64,000 nt of DNA. Origin: Escherichia coli. Lineage in GTDB: Bacteria; Pseudomonadota; Gammaproteobacteria; Enterobacterales; Enterobacteriaceae. The position numbers and the translations under genes are program-made. The stretch lies in the NCBI RefSeq assembly GCF_041886205.1, contig NZ_CP169029.1; one strand, written 5' to 3'. Under the pieces are notes generated by a model, which saw only the letters and a program-made list of their open reading frames with translations, did no database searches and was not told where the DNA came from. Of the stretch, positions 23,872 through 39,817 are shown in pieces (the first letter of the stretch is position 1; every line of letters begins with the position of its first letter).

Positions 23872-24867
23872 TTATCGCTGCGCAATGTTGACTCTTGTCA
23901 CTGGCGAACTCTGACGATTCTCCCACAGCACCGTTAATCCACGCTGTAATGCTATAAAAATAAACAACAAAATACCGATGGCGATTTTCGTCCACCATGA
24001 GCTCAGCGTGCCATCAAAGTTTATGTAAGTCTGAATCAGTCCCTGAATCGCCACGCCAAAAAGCGTCCCTAATACCGTTCCAACGCCACCGCTCAGAAGC
24101 GTACCGCCAATTACCACTGAGGCGATAGCATCCAGTTCCACACCTACGCCCGCCAGCGCATATCCGGCCTGGGTATAAATCGAGAAGACAATCCCCGCCA
24201 GCGTTGCCAGTCCGGTGGAGAGCATATAAATGCGAATAGTGGTGCTGCGAGTGGAAATCCCCATCAGGTTCGCCGACGTTGCGTTGCCGCCAATGGCGTA
24301 TACCTGATTACCAAAACGGGTACGATGCGCGAGGAAAATACCGATAACCACCACCGCCAACATCAGCAGTCCCATCGCACTTAAGCGACCGCCGCCAGGG
24401 ATTTTCCACGCAAGGCTTGAGAGCGTGTCATAAATGGGATGGTTTATCGGAATCGACTCTTCCGAAACGAGATAGCTGACACCGCGCAAAAAGAACATCC
24501 CCGCCAGGGTAATGATAAATGCCGGGATCTTCAGGGCGTCGATCAAAAGCCCCATAAATGCGCCGAAGGCACAGCCCATCACCAGCACTAGCGGAAACGC
24601 CAGTAGCGGCGAGAGGCCGAAATCGCCAATCACTTTTGCCAGAAACACGCCAGTAAAGGCGATCACCGAACCGACGGAGAGATCGATCCCACCGGAGAGG
24701 ATCACAAAGGTCATGCCAACGGCAATGATCCCAAGAAAGGCGTTATCGGTCAGGATATTGCAGATCACTCTTGTGGAAGCAAAACCGGGAAACTGGGTCA
24801 GGCAGTAAAGATAACCCAACACAAAGACGCCGATGGTGATCATCAGTGGCAAATTACGTTTTATCAC
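23872..24867 (-). CDS. yjfF: Galactofuranose ABC transporter permease YjfF
   Basis: 331-aa polytopic membrane ORF, K-12 synteny. Confidence 0.92.
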   Translation of the reverse strand: MIKRNLPLMITIGVFVLGYLYCLTQFPGFASTRVICNILTDNAFLGIIAVGMTFVILSGGIDLSVGSVIAFTGVFLAKVIGDFGLSPLLAFPLVLVMGCAFGAFMGLLIDALKIPAFIITLAGMFFLRGVSYLVSEESIPINHPIYDTLSSLAWKIPGGGRLSAMGLLMLAVVVIGIFLAHRTRFGNQVYAIGGNATSANLMGISTRSTTIRIYMLSTGLATLAGIVFSIYTQAGYALAGVGVELDAIASVVIGGTLLSGGVGTVLGTLFGVAIQGLIQTYINFDGTLSSWWTKIAIGILLFIFIALQRGLTVLWENRQSSPVTRVNIAQR

Positions 24868-25900
24868 GGCTACGTACTCCTTTAATCAGACTGATAAAGC
24901 GTTGCGACTGGACAATCAGCACGCAAAGAACCACCACCGCTTTTACAACCTGGTTCATCTCTGGCGGAAAGCCCGAAAGCAAAATTCCGGTGTTCATCCC
25001 CTGAATAATCAGCGCCCCCACCACCGAAAGCAGTAGGTTAAAACGTCCGCCCATCAGCGATCCGCCGCCAATAACCACCGCGAGAATGGCGTCCAGCTCC
25101 AGCCATAACCCGGCGTTATTGGCATCGGCACCGCGAATATCCGCCGCCACGATAATGCCCGCAATCGCCGCACACAGCCCGCTCAACACGTAGGTAAGCA
25201 TGACGATGATCCGCGTGTTTACCCCGGCATTTTTTGCCGCCCGAATGTTGATACCAACGGCTTCGATAAACATCCCCAGCGCCGTTTTGCGGGTCAACAG
25301 CCAGAACAGGATAAGCGTCAGCACCGCGATAATGACCGGCGTTGGCAGGAACAACAGCGATCCACTGCCAAACCATGAGAGATCCGGCGAGTTAAACGTG
25401 ACGATCTGTCCGGAGGTGATCAGTTGCGCCACGCCGCGCCCGGCGACCATCAGGATCAGGGTGGCAACAAACGGCTGAATTTTGAGGATCGCTACCAGTA
25501 TGCCGTTCCACAATCCCGCCAGGATGCCAGTGCCCAGGGCGCTTAACAAAACAATCGGCAGGCTGAATCCCGCGACCGTCATCGCAGCCGTTGTGGCTCC
25601 GGCGATAGCCATCACCGCCCCCACGGAGAGATCAATCCCACCTGTTGCGATCACCAGCGTCATTCCGATAGCCAACAGCGCAACGGGGGCCGCACGGTTA
25701 AGAATGTCTATGGGGCTACCGAATAAACGCCCATCCTGGAGCACCACCTGCCAGAAATGCGGGGCCACCAGGCTATCGACCAGCAGCACCAGCAACAGTG
25801 CCGCCAGCTGCGGCATTCCCGTTGGCCAGCGAAAGCGCCTTTTCGGCGGCGTAGTGTCCGGGAGAGATTGAGGCATCACACTGTTCTCCTTACGCCGCAA
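24854..25900 (-). CDS. ytfT: Galactofuranose ABC transporter permease YtfT
   Basis: Membrane ORF; maximal ORF given, true start probably the internal start giving about 341 aa. Confidence 0.9.
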   Translation of the reverse strand: MRRKENSVMPQSLPDTTPPKRRFRWPTGMPQLAALLLVLLVDSLVAPHFWQVVLQDGRLFGSPIDILNRAAPVALLAIGMTLVIATGGIDLSVGAVMAIAGATTAAMTVAGFSLPIVLLSALGTGILAGLWNGILVAILKIQPFVATLILMVAGRGVAQLITSGQIVTFNSPDLSWFGSGSLLFLPTPVIIAVLTLILFWLLTRKTALGMFIEAVGINIRAAKNAGVNTRIIVMLTYVLSGLCAAIAGIIVAADIRGADANNAGLWLELDAILAVVIGGGSLMGGRFNLLLSVVGALIIQGMNTGILLSGFPPEMNQVVKAVVVLCVLIVQSQRFISLIKGVRSRDKT

Positions 25901-27392
25901 TGGCGTTCATGATCGCCGGAACGGAAAGCTCTGCCAGCGGGATCTCCGCCACCTGTTTGCGATCGCGCATGATGATCACCCGGTCGGCATAGCCCACCAG
26001 TTCTTCCAGTTCGGAGGAGATCACCAGCAGCGCCAGACCATCGGCGCATAGCGTTTCAATCAGGCGGATGATCTCGGCGTGGGCACCAACATCAATGCCG
26101 CGAGTTGGCTCATCAAGGATCAGAAATTGCGGTCGGGTCAGTAGCCAACGTGAAAGCAACACTTTTTGCTGATTGCCGCCAGAGAGAAATTCAATCGGTT
26201 GTTCAGTTGAAGGTGTGCGAATGCCAAGCTGGCGGATAAAGCGTTCGGCAATCTCTTGCTGTTCTTTGCGGGAAATGGGACGTAGCCAGCCGCGCTGGGC
26301 CTGGAGAGCGAGGATGATATTTTCCCGCACCGAGGCGGCAGCGATGATGCCATCGGTTTTCCTGTCTTCCGGGCAGAAGCCAATGCCCAGTACCGAAGCC
26401 TGATGTGGCGATCGCAGGTTTTGCGGTTTGCCTTTGATCAACGCCGTGCCGCTGTCAGCAGGTTTGATACCGAAGATCACTTCGGCGGTTTCGGTACGTC
26501 CTGATCCCAGCAATCCAGCCAGACCGACGATCTCGCCGGGGCGTACTTCGAGATCAAACGGTGCGATCGTTCCTTTTTTGCCGTAATTTTTGAACGCGGC
26601 AACGGGTTTGTCGCTCAACAATGTTCGCCCGGCACGCTGTAGCGCGTGGGTATCCAGCTCGCGCCCCAGCATCATTTTTACCAGTTCGATCTGCGGTAGC
26701 TCGCACGTTTCCCGACAGCCTACGAAACTGCCGTTGCGTAAGACGGTGATCCGATCGCTGACCTGATAGACCTGATCGAGAAAGTGAGTGACAAAAATCA
26801 GGCTGACGCCGCGATCGCGCAACTGACGCATCAGGTCAAACAGTAACTCCACTTCCTGGGTGTCGAGACTGGCGGTGGGTTCATCGAGGATCAGCACTTT
26901 GGCAGAGAGATCGATAGCCCGGCAAATAGCGACGATTTGCTGCATCGCGACTGAAAAGCGGTTGAGCGGTTCGCGCACGTCGAGGGAGAAACCGTAAGAT
27001 GCCATCAGTTCGGTGGCGCGCTTTTCCATCTCTTTGCGGCGTAGAAGGCCGAAGCGTTTGGGTTCGCGGCCTATAAATAGATTATCAGCGACCGACATAT
27101 TGGGTAGCAGGTTTACTTCCTGATAGACGGTGCCGATACCGAGTTGTTGTGCATGGGCGGTATTTTTCGGTGAGATAGCCTGGCCTTCCAGCCAGATGGT
27201 GCCGCGATCGGCGTGGTATACACCAGTTAATGCTTTGATTAGCGTTGATTTTCCTGCCCCGTTTTCACCGAGCAGCGCCATGATTTCGCCGCGGCGCAGG
27301 CTGAAATCAACGTTGTCTAACGCTTTGACGCCGGGGAAAAATTTACTTAATCCTTCGGTGCGGAGGATCTCCTGGTGTTGGTTAGTCGTCAT
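25890..27392 (-). CDS. ytfR: Galactofuranose ABC transporter ATP-binding protein YtfR (duplicated ABC domains)
   Basis: 500-aa ORF with two Walker A motifs (GENGAGKST, GLLGSGRTE). Confidence 0.94.
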   Translation of the reverse strand: MTTNQHQEILRTEGLSKFFPGVKALDNVDFSLRRGEIMALLGENGAGKSTLIKALTGVYHADRGTIWLEGQAISPKNTAHAQQLGIGTVYQEVNLLPNMSVADNLFIGREPKRFGLLRRKEMEKRATELMASYGFSLDVREPLNRFSVAMQQIVAICRAIDLSAKVLILDEPTASLDTQEVELLFDLMRQLRDRGVSLIFVTHFLDQVYQVSDRITVLRNGSFVGCRETCELPQIELVKMMLGRELDTHALQRAGRTLLSDKPVAAFKNYGKKGTIAPFDLEVRPGEIVGLAGLLGSGRTETAEVIFGIKPADSGTALIKGKPQNLRSPHQASVLGIGFCPEDRKTDGIIAAASVRENIILALQAQRGWLRPISRKEQQEIAERFIRQLGIRTPSTEQPIEFLSGGNQQKVLLSRWLLTRPQFLILDEPTRGIDVGAHAEIIRLIETLCADGLALLVISSELEELVGYADRVIIMRDRKQVAEIPLAELSVPAIMNAIAA

Positions 27393-27419
27393 GGTTTCCC
27401 CCGGTGTAAAGCGTGCTCC

Positions 27420-27520
27420 CAGTAGGCATGATAAGACGCGGTAAGCGTCGCATCAGGCTTCAGCGCACCACCGCCGGATGCGGCGCGAGCGCCTTATCCG
27501 GCCTACGAATCGGCATCAGG
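27420..27520. repeat. REP/BIME palindromic repeat cluster
   Basis: gccggatgcggcg...gccttatccggcctac units between ytfR and ytfQ. Confidence 0.7.
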
Positions 27521-27531
27521 CATAGCAACCC

Positions 27532-28488
27532 TCAATACCCCATATTTTTCTTCTTCTCTAACTCTTCTTTTGCGGTATCAGGCAGATAAAGGGTGGATTT
27601 GGTCAGCGTCAGCTTTTCAGGCATGGTGCCGTCTTTTTTGTATTTCTCCAGCGCGTCGAAGGCGGGACCTGCCATATTCGGCGTCAGTTCAACACTGGCG
27701 TTCGCTTCGCCATCAATCATCGCTTTGTAGATATCCGGTACGCCGTCGATAGAACCTGTCAGAATATCTTTGCCTGGTTTCAGGCCCGCTTCTTTAATTG
27801 CCTGAATTGCACCAATCACCATGTCGTCGTTATGGGCGTAAACCATGCAGATGTTTTTGCCGTTGTTTTCCGCTTTGATAAAGCTCTCCATGACTTCTTT
27901 GCCTTTACTGCGGGTGAAGTCACCTGACTGCGAGCGGATAATTTTGATATTTGGCGCATTCTTAATGGCTTCGGCAAAGCCTTTCTTACGGTCAATGGCG
28001 ACGCTGGCCCCAACAGTGCCCTGCAGCTCCACCACGTTGCATGGTTTGCCATTCACTTCTTTTACCAGCCAGTCACCAATCAACTTGCCTTCGAGAATGT
28101 TGTCGGCAGTGACGGTGGTCATATAGAGAGATTTGTCTTTCACATCAATAGAACGATCGAGCAAGAAGACCGGGATTTCGGCATCTTTCGCCTCTTTTAA
28201 TACCGGTTCCCAACCAGTCGCAACCACCGGAGCGATAAAGATCGCATCCACCCCTTGCGCGACGAAGGAACGTACCGCTTTAATCTGGTTTTCCTGCTTT
28301 TGCTGACCATCGGCAATTTTCAGCGTAATTCCGCGTTTTTCGGCCTCACTTTTCGCCACATTGGTTTCTGCGGCGCGCCAGCCAGATTCCGATCCGACCT
28401 GCGAAAATCCTACGGTTAATGGAGCGGCCAACGCCATAGACGACATGGCTGCCGAGACTGCAGAGACTACAAGTAAGCGTTTCCACAT
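27532..28488 (-). CDS. ytfQ: Galactofuranose-binding periplasmic protein YtfQ
   Basis: 318-aa ORF with signal peptide, K-12 synteny. Confidence 0.94.
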   Translation of the reverse strand: MWKRLLVVSAVSAAMSSMALAAPLTVGFSQVGSESGWRAAETNVAKSEAEKRGITLKIADGQQKQENQIKAVRSFVAQGVDAIFIAPVVATGWEPVLKEAKDAEIPVFLLDRSIDVKDKSLYMTTVTADNILEGKLIGDWLVKEVNGKPCNVVELQGTVGASVAIDRKKGFAEAIKNAPNIKIIRSQSGDFTRSKGKEVMESFIKAENNGKNICMVYAHNDDMVIGAIQAIKEAGLKPGKDILTGSIDGVPDIYKAMIDGEANASVELTPNMAGPAFDALEKYKKDGTMPEKLTLTKSTLYLPDTAKEELEKKKNMGY

Positions 28489-28797
28489 AGGGTTGTCCTC
28501 GTCGGGGTAATTATTATTGGTGAAAAGATGTTCGCGAAAAAACTATAGACAATTCGTTATGTAACGGATTGCGTTACATCACACTTCAAAGAAGTAAATA
28601 AAACGTTAATCACAAGTTTGTAATCGCTTTCATCTCACTATGAAAAATGCGGCTACGGTTATGGATTTTCCTGCTCTGTATACCGTCTTAAAATTGGCGA
28701 AAAAGGAAAATGAAGACGAAAACAAGCGAAGACATTCGGCGCGAGTTGGCTATAATACTCGGCACTTGTTTGCCACATATTTTTAAAGGAAACAGAC

Positions 28798-29329
28798 ATG
28801 AGCTTACTCAACGTCCCTGCGGGTAAAGATCTGCCGGAAGACATCTACGTTGTTATTGAGATCCCGGCTAACGCAGATCCGATCAAATACGAAATCGACA
28901 AAGAGAGCGGCGCACTGTTCGTTGACCGCTTCATGTCCACCGCGATGTTCTATCCGTGCAACTACGGTTACATCAACCACACCCTGTCTCTGGACGGTGG
29001 ACCCGGTTGACGTACTGGTCCCGACTCCGTACCCGCTGCAGCCGGGTTCTGTGATCCGTTGCCGTCCGGTTGGCGTTCTGAAAATGACCGACGAAGCCGG
29101 TGAAGATGCGAAACTGATTGCTGTTCCGCACACAAAGCTGAGCAAAGAATACGATCACATTAAAGACGTTAACGATCTGCCAGAGCTGCTGAAAGCGCAG
29201 ATCGCTCACTTCTTCGAGCACTACAAAGACCTCGAAAAAGGCAAGTGGGTGAAAGTTGAAGGTTGGGAAAACGCAGAAGCCGCTAAAGCTGAAATCGTTG
29301 CCTCCTTCGAGCGCGCAAAGAATAAATAA
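28798..29329 (+). pseudogene. ppa: Inorganic pyrophosphatase, reading frame broken by an apparent +1 insertion near 28999
   Basis: Track ORFs 28798..29010 and 28850..29329 are the N- and C-terminal halves of Ppa in different frames; span is 532 nt = 531 + 1. Extra G read in ...ctggacggtgGacccggtt. Confidence 0.9.
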
Positions 29330-29344
29330 GTTCTTATAGCGCAA

Positions 29345-29386
29345 TAACCCTGAACACCGGGCTTCGGTTAGTAAGGGTTTTTTTAT
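29345..29386 (+). terminator. Probable ppa terminator
   Basis: GC-rich imperfect hairpin followed by a T7 run downstream of the ppa stop. Confidence 0.4.
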
Positions 29387-29405
29387 GCCCGCGATAAATA
29401 AACAC

Positions 29406-29758
29406 TTATTCCACCACCGCCTGCAAGCGTAATAACGCCTCTTCCACCACCTCATCCGCAGCCAGACCAATACGCTTTGCCAGCCGGGCGCGTAGATCCA
29501 TCATCCGCACCTGATTAACCAGCACCACGCCGTGCACATCGCCTTCTTCGCAATGTAAAGGAACGCTAAATCCGGCATAACGGGCAAAATTTCCACACCC
29601 TGCGTAATGGGGGCCACCAGCGTCATTCCCAGTTGATTAAAGGCTTGAACGGAGAGCACAAGCGCAGGTCGACCAGCACCTTGCTGTTCATGGCCGCTTG
29701 CTGGATCAAAGCCAACCAGCACAATGTCTCCCCGTTCAAATTCACTTTTCTTTACCAT
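29406..29758 (-). pseudogene. chpB: ChpB (MazF-like) toxin, frame broken by an apparent 2-bp tandem duplication near 29585-29588
   Basis: Track ORF 29501..29758 matches ChpB through ...VAPITQG, then diverges; the remaining ChpB sequence continues in another frame to a stop near 29406. Confidence 0.85.
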
Positions 29759-30003
29759 ATTTCGTCACCCGCAGGGGTGGATTTACCCCAGACATCCTGC
29801 TCGCTAAGTTCCGCGGCGTTCATGTCACACTGTGCCAGCAGTTCATCAAGCGAGTAGCGCCTGGAGATGGGTGTCAGAATCAGTTGGTTGTTGCTCACCT
29901 GCGCTTCCACGCTCTGCCCCGGCTGTAAGTTAAGTTCTTTCATTACGATATTGGGAATGACCATACCTGCACTGTTCCCCCATCTTTTTATGGTAATACG
30001 CAT
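29752..30003 (-). CDS. chpS: ChpS antitoxin (MazE-like)
   Basis: 83 aa from the internal Met (MRITIKRWGNSAGMVIPNIVMKELNL...); appears intact. Confidence 0.9.
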   Translation of the reverse strand: MRITIKRWGNSAGMVIPNIVMKELNLQPGQSVEAQVSNNQLILTPISRRYSLDELLAQCDMNAAELSEQDVWGKSTPAGDEIW

Positions 30004-30017
30004 CTGCACCTCCTTAA

Positions 30018-30034
30018 GTTATACAAAGTATAAC
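30018..30034. promoter_or_regulatory. Palindrome upstream of chpS, candidate autoregulatory operator
   Basis: Perfect inverted repeat gttatacAAAgtataac just upstream of the chpS start. Confidence 0.4.
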
Positions 30035-30175
30035 TCACGGTGCTACAGGAAACGTTTTACCCCTGCGCATTTGTGAATGCCAGCAGAGTTTTTTATGCGT
30101 TAATAGATATGGAAAGCGGCTCGGAGAGAAAAGCAAAAGGTGAGGGAATTACAAAACAGAATGCGAGTCGTCTCG

Positions 30176-30218
30176 CAAAAAACAACGCCACCCGCGAAGG
30201 TGGCGTGCTTTTATTATT
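30176..30218. terminator. Hairpin with flanking A/T runs downstream of ytfP, probable bidirectional terminator
   Basis: cgccaccc-gcgaa-ggtggcg stem-loop with an A-run on one side and a T-rich run on the other. Confidence 0.55.
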
Positions 30219-30558
30219 ACTTATCCCTGTCTAACCAGTCGCCGCTTTCAATTAGCTTTAATCCATCGACGGGTCGTTGATAAACGTACATCCATGCACT
30301 CCCGTACGGCGTCTGAATCAACTGGCGCGCGTATTCACCGCCCCTGGTGCGCAAGGCATCAAGTTCGGCCAGCGTGGCGTTGTCAATACGATAAACTTCA
30401 CCGTGTACTGTTCCGTTCCCCGGAACTGCGCCTGGATAGTGGCCCAGGCTATACAACTGGTAGTTATCGATACTGAAATCGCCCAGTAACTGGGCATTGG
30501 TCATCCAGTGACTGTTGCCTTGTTTGTGGCGTAAACTGCCGTAGACAAATATTCGCAT
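30217..30558 (-). CDS. ytfP: Gamma-glutamylcyclotransferase-family protein YtfP
   Basis: 113-aa ORF, intact, K-12 synteny. Confidence 0.92.
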   Translation of the reverse strand: MRIFVYGSLRHKQGNSHWMTNAQLLGDFSIDNYQLYSLGHYPGAVPGNGTVHGEVYRIDNATLAELDALRTRGGEYARQLIQTPYGSAWMYVYQRPVDGLKLIESGDWLDRDK

Positions 30559-30560
30559 TG

Positions 30561-36126
<5,566 letters not shown>

Positions 36127-36289
36127 TTAAACGGCTTAACAAAAATCCAGTAATATGGATTAAAAAGCAGACTAAACCCCAAATATTTCTTATGTTTTAC
36201 TTTAGACCTATTCACGGTGGTTATTGTGTGCAAATACGCCTCTTGTTACAACCTTAACCCCAATGACCGATTTTCGGGAGAGCGACACC

Positions 36290-36931
36290 ATGAGTTTATT
36301 TGATAAAAAGCATCTGGTTTCCCCCGCCGATGCCCTGCCTGGACGTAACACCCCGATGCCCGTAGCCACGCTGCATGCGGTCAACGGTCACTCAATGACC
36401 AATGTACCTGACGGAATGGAGATTGCCATTTTTGCGATGGGTTGTTTCTGGGGTGTGGAGCGTCTGTTCTGGCAGTTACCCGGCGTTTACAGCACCGCCG
36501 CAGGCTATACCGGCGGCTATACGCCAAAAAATCCGACTTATCGGGAAGTGTGCTCCGGTGATACGGGTCATGCCGAAGCGGTACGCATTGTTTACGATCC
36601 TTCCGTCATCAGCTATGAGCAGTTGCTACAGGTATTTTGGGAGAATCACGATCCCGCCCAGGGAATGCGTCAGGGCAATGACCACGGCACGCAGTATCGT
36701 TCAGCGATTTATCCGCTGACCCCAGAACAGGATGCCGCAGCTCGCGCCAGTCTGGAACGTTTTCAGGCGGCGATGCTTGCCGCCGATGACGATCGTCGCA
36801 TCACCACGGAAATCGCTAACGCCACACCGTTTTATTATGCCGAAGATGACCACCAGCAATATCTGCATAAAAACCCGTATGGTTACTGTGGAATTGGCGG
36901 AATTGGCGTCTGTCTGCCGCCGGAAGCATAG
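36290..36931 (+). CDS. msrA: Peptide methionine sulfoxide reductase A
   Basis: GCFWG active-site motif; open throughout. 213 codons here versus 212 aa remembered for K-12, possibly an in-frame 3-bp A-run expansion near 36526-36531. Confidence 0.92.
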   Translation: MSLFDKKHLVSPADALPGRNTPMPVATLHAVNGHSMTNVPDGMEIAIFAMGCFWGVERLFWQLPGVYSTAAGYTGGYTPKNPTYREVCSGDTGHAEAVRIVYDPSVISYEQLLQVFWENHDPAQGMRQGNDHGTQYRSAIYPLTPEQDAAARASLERFQAAMLAADDDRRITTEIANATPFYYAEDDHQQYLHKNPYGYCGIGGIGVCLPPEA

Positions 36932-36977
36932 CGTTACGGGTACAAATGTAGATTGTCGATAAAGTGCTATTTGTCTA

Positions 36978-37078
36978 TGCCGGATGCGGCGTAAACGCCT
37001 TACCAGGCCTACAAAATCGTCCAAATTCAATATATTGCATGGACTGCGTAGGCGGCCTGATCGGCATAGCGCATCAGG
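36978..37078. repeat. REP/BIME palindromic repeat cluster
   Basis: gccggatgcggcgtaaacgcctta(t)ccaggcctac-like units between msrA and ytfL. Confidence 0.65.
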
Positions 37079-37256
37079 CAGTTTTGCATTTATTAGCAGC
37101 CTGAATTTTAACCCTCTGGCGGCTTTACAGTACCTTACGCTATACTAGCCACTGAAAATGCCGGTTCACTTTCTTCGAATCGGCTTTCAATGTGTATTTC
37201 ACACAAATTAATCAACTTCCCCTTCCGAGGATCTGGCCTGAAAGGTCGGATAAGAT

Positions 37257-38603
37257 ATGTTAAACAGTATTTTAGTCATACTCTGCTTGATCGCTGTAAG
37301 TGCGTTCTTCTCGATGTCCGAGATCTCACTTGCCGCCTCACGCAAAATCAAACTTAAACTGCTGGCTGATGAAGGCAATATAAATGCCCAACGCGTTCTG
37401 AATATGCAGGAAAATCCCGGCATGTTCTTTACCGTGGTCCAAATCGGTCTGAACGCAGTGGCGATTCTCGGCGGTATCGTCGGTGATGCGGCATTTTCTC
37501 CAGCTTTTCACAGCCTGTTCTCCCGCTATATGTCGGCAGAGCTCTCTGAGCAACTGAGCTTTATTCTCTCTTTCTCGTGTTAGTGACTGGCATGTTTATC
37601 CTGTTTGCGGATTTAACCCCGAAACGCATCGGTATGATTGCGCCAGAAGCTGTGGCTTTGCGTATCATCAACCCGATGCGCTTCTGCCTGTACGTTTGCA
37701 CCCCGCTGGTGTGGTTCTTCAACGGCCTGGCGAACATGATCTTCCGTATTTTCAAACTGCCAATGGTACGTAAAGATGACATCACTTCTGATGACATCTA
37801 CGCGGTAGTGGAAGCCGGTGCGCTGGCGGGCGTGTTACGTAAACAGGAACACGAGCTGATTGAAAACGTCTTTGAGCTGGAATCCCGAACCGTTCCGTCT
37901 TCAATGACACCGCGTGAAAACGTGATTTGGTTTGATCTCCACGAAGATGAGCAAAGTCTGAAGAATAAGGTGGCGGAACATCCGCACTCTAAGTTCCTCG
38001 TCTGTAATGAAGATATTGACCACATCATCGGCTATGTCGATTCTAAAGACCTGCTGAACCGCGTGCTGGCTAACCAAAGCCTGGCACTGAACAGCGGCGT
38101 ACCAAATTCGCAACACGCTGATTGTGCCGGATACGTTAACCCTTTCAGAGGCGTTGGAAAGTTTTAAAACCGCAGGTGAAGACTTCGCGGTGATCATGAA
38201 CGAGTACGCGCTGGTGGTGGGGATCATCACCCTCAACGACGTGATGACCACGCTGATGGGCGATCTGGTCGGTCAGGGTCTGGAAGAGCAGATTGTCGCC
38301 CGTGATGAGAACTCATGGCTGATTGACGGCGGCACTCCGATTGACGACGTCATGCGCGTGCTGGATATTGACGAGTTCCCGCAGTCGGGCAACTACGAAA
38401 CCATCGGCGGCTTTATGATGTTTATGCTGCGTAAGATCCCGAAACGCACCGATTCGGTGAAATTCGCCGGCTACAAATTTGAAGTGGTGGATATCGATAA
38501 CTACCGCATCGACCAGCTGCTGGTGACCCGGATCGACAGCAAGGCCACCGCCCTTTCGCCAAAACTGCCTGACGCTAAAGATAAAGAAGAAAGCGTCGCG
38601 TAA
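37257..38603 (+). pseudogene. ytfL: CNNM/CorC-family membrane protein YtfL (DUF21 + CBS + CorC-HlyC), two apparent frameshifts
   Basis: Three track ORFs (37257..37583, 37577..38167, 38124..38603) tile the YtfL sequence; 2-bp dup near 37577-37580 and +1 C near 38102-38103. Confidence 0.87.
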
Positions 38604-38664
38604 CCCCCAGAAACATCAACGGCTCCTGAATCAGGAGCCGTCTTATTACTGCATAGCACTTTGG

Positions 38665-38871
38665 TTAAGCCATCTCTGTTTGCAGACGCATAACCTGACG
38701 GTTAACTTCGGACATCACTGACAAATGCAGCTTATCCTTCACTTTTGGGATAAGAATCTTACCCTTATCAAATTCAAAAGCGCCAACGTCCTTGATGTAT
38801 AACCGTCCACGGAACAGGATCTTTACGTACTTCGCCACCTGAAGTGGGTTGTACCGTTGGAAAATTTTCAT
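38665..38871 (-). CDS. ytfK: Small protein YtfK (DUF1107)
   Basis: 68 aa from the internal Met ([30 protein letters not shown]...), intact. Confidence 0.9.
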
Positions 38872-39198
38872 TGTTATCTCCTGCTGAGTATTACGCCTGT
38901 GCGGTGCCACAATCGGCCCAACTATTATGAGGCGCAAATTTTAATGCTTAGTGACTATAGACTATCCGGGCAATGTTTCCACCGCGTATAACTTTTTTTA
39001 CCTAAAGGTTACAATTATTCAGAATTATCTTTTTACCGAAGCGCGGTCTTCAGTATAAGCATTCATTTTTCATATGATTTGTGCGCTTGACCGCAAACTG
39101 GCATCACACTTGCGGGAAATTCGATAAATAGCACATATTATGATTAAAACTCAGACCCAAGTGGTCGGATCACCTGCATATCATAAGAAGGAAACACC

Positions 39199-39755
39199 AT
39201 GACCCTACGCAAGATTCTGGTACTCACCTGCCTGCTGTTGCCGATGATGGCTTCCGCACATCAGTTCGAAACCGGTCAGCGAGTGCCGCCGATTGGCATT
39301 ACCGATCGTGGCGAGTTGGTGCTTGATAAAGATCAGTTTAGCTACAAAACCTGGAACAGCGCGCAGTTAGTGGGAAAAGTGCGAGTACTGCAACATATTG
39401 CTGGTCGCACCTCTGCAAAAGAGAAAAACGCGACGCTGATTGAAGCGATTAAATCAGCGAAGTTACCGCACGATCGTTACCAGACCACCACCATTGTTAA
39501 CACCGACGACGCAATTCCGGGTTCCGGCATGTTTGTGCGCAGCAGTCTGGAGAGTAATAAAAAGCTTTATCCCTGGTCGCAGTTTATTGTCGATAGCAAT
39601 GGCGTCGCGCGCGGTGCCTGGCAGCTGGATGAAGAAAGTTCCGCTGTGTAGTGGTGCTGGATAAGGATGGTCGCGTGCAATGGGCCAAAGACGGGGCGCT
39701 CACTCAGGAAGAGGTGCAGCAAGTGATGGACCTGCTGCAAAAGTTGCTCAAATAA
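39199..39755 (+). pseudogene. ytfJ: Periplasmic protein YtfJ, truncated at residue 150 by an apparent 2-bp tandem duplication near 39645-39648
   Basis: Track ORF stops at 39651 after ...EESSAV; the rest of YtfJ (VVLDKDGRVQWAKDG...QKLLK) continues in the +2 frame to about 39755. Span is 557 nt = 555 + 2. Confidence 0.85.
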
Positions 39756-39817
39756 TGGCAACAACATAGAGTCTGCAAAAATAATATTCCCCTGTCGATA
39801 CCTATGGGATAGGGGAA

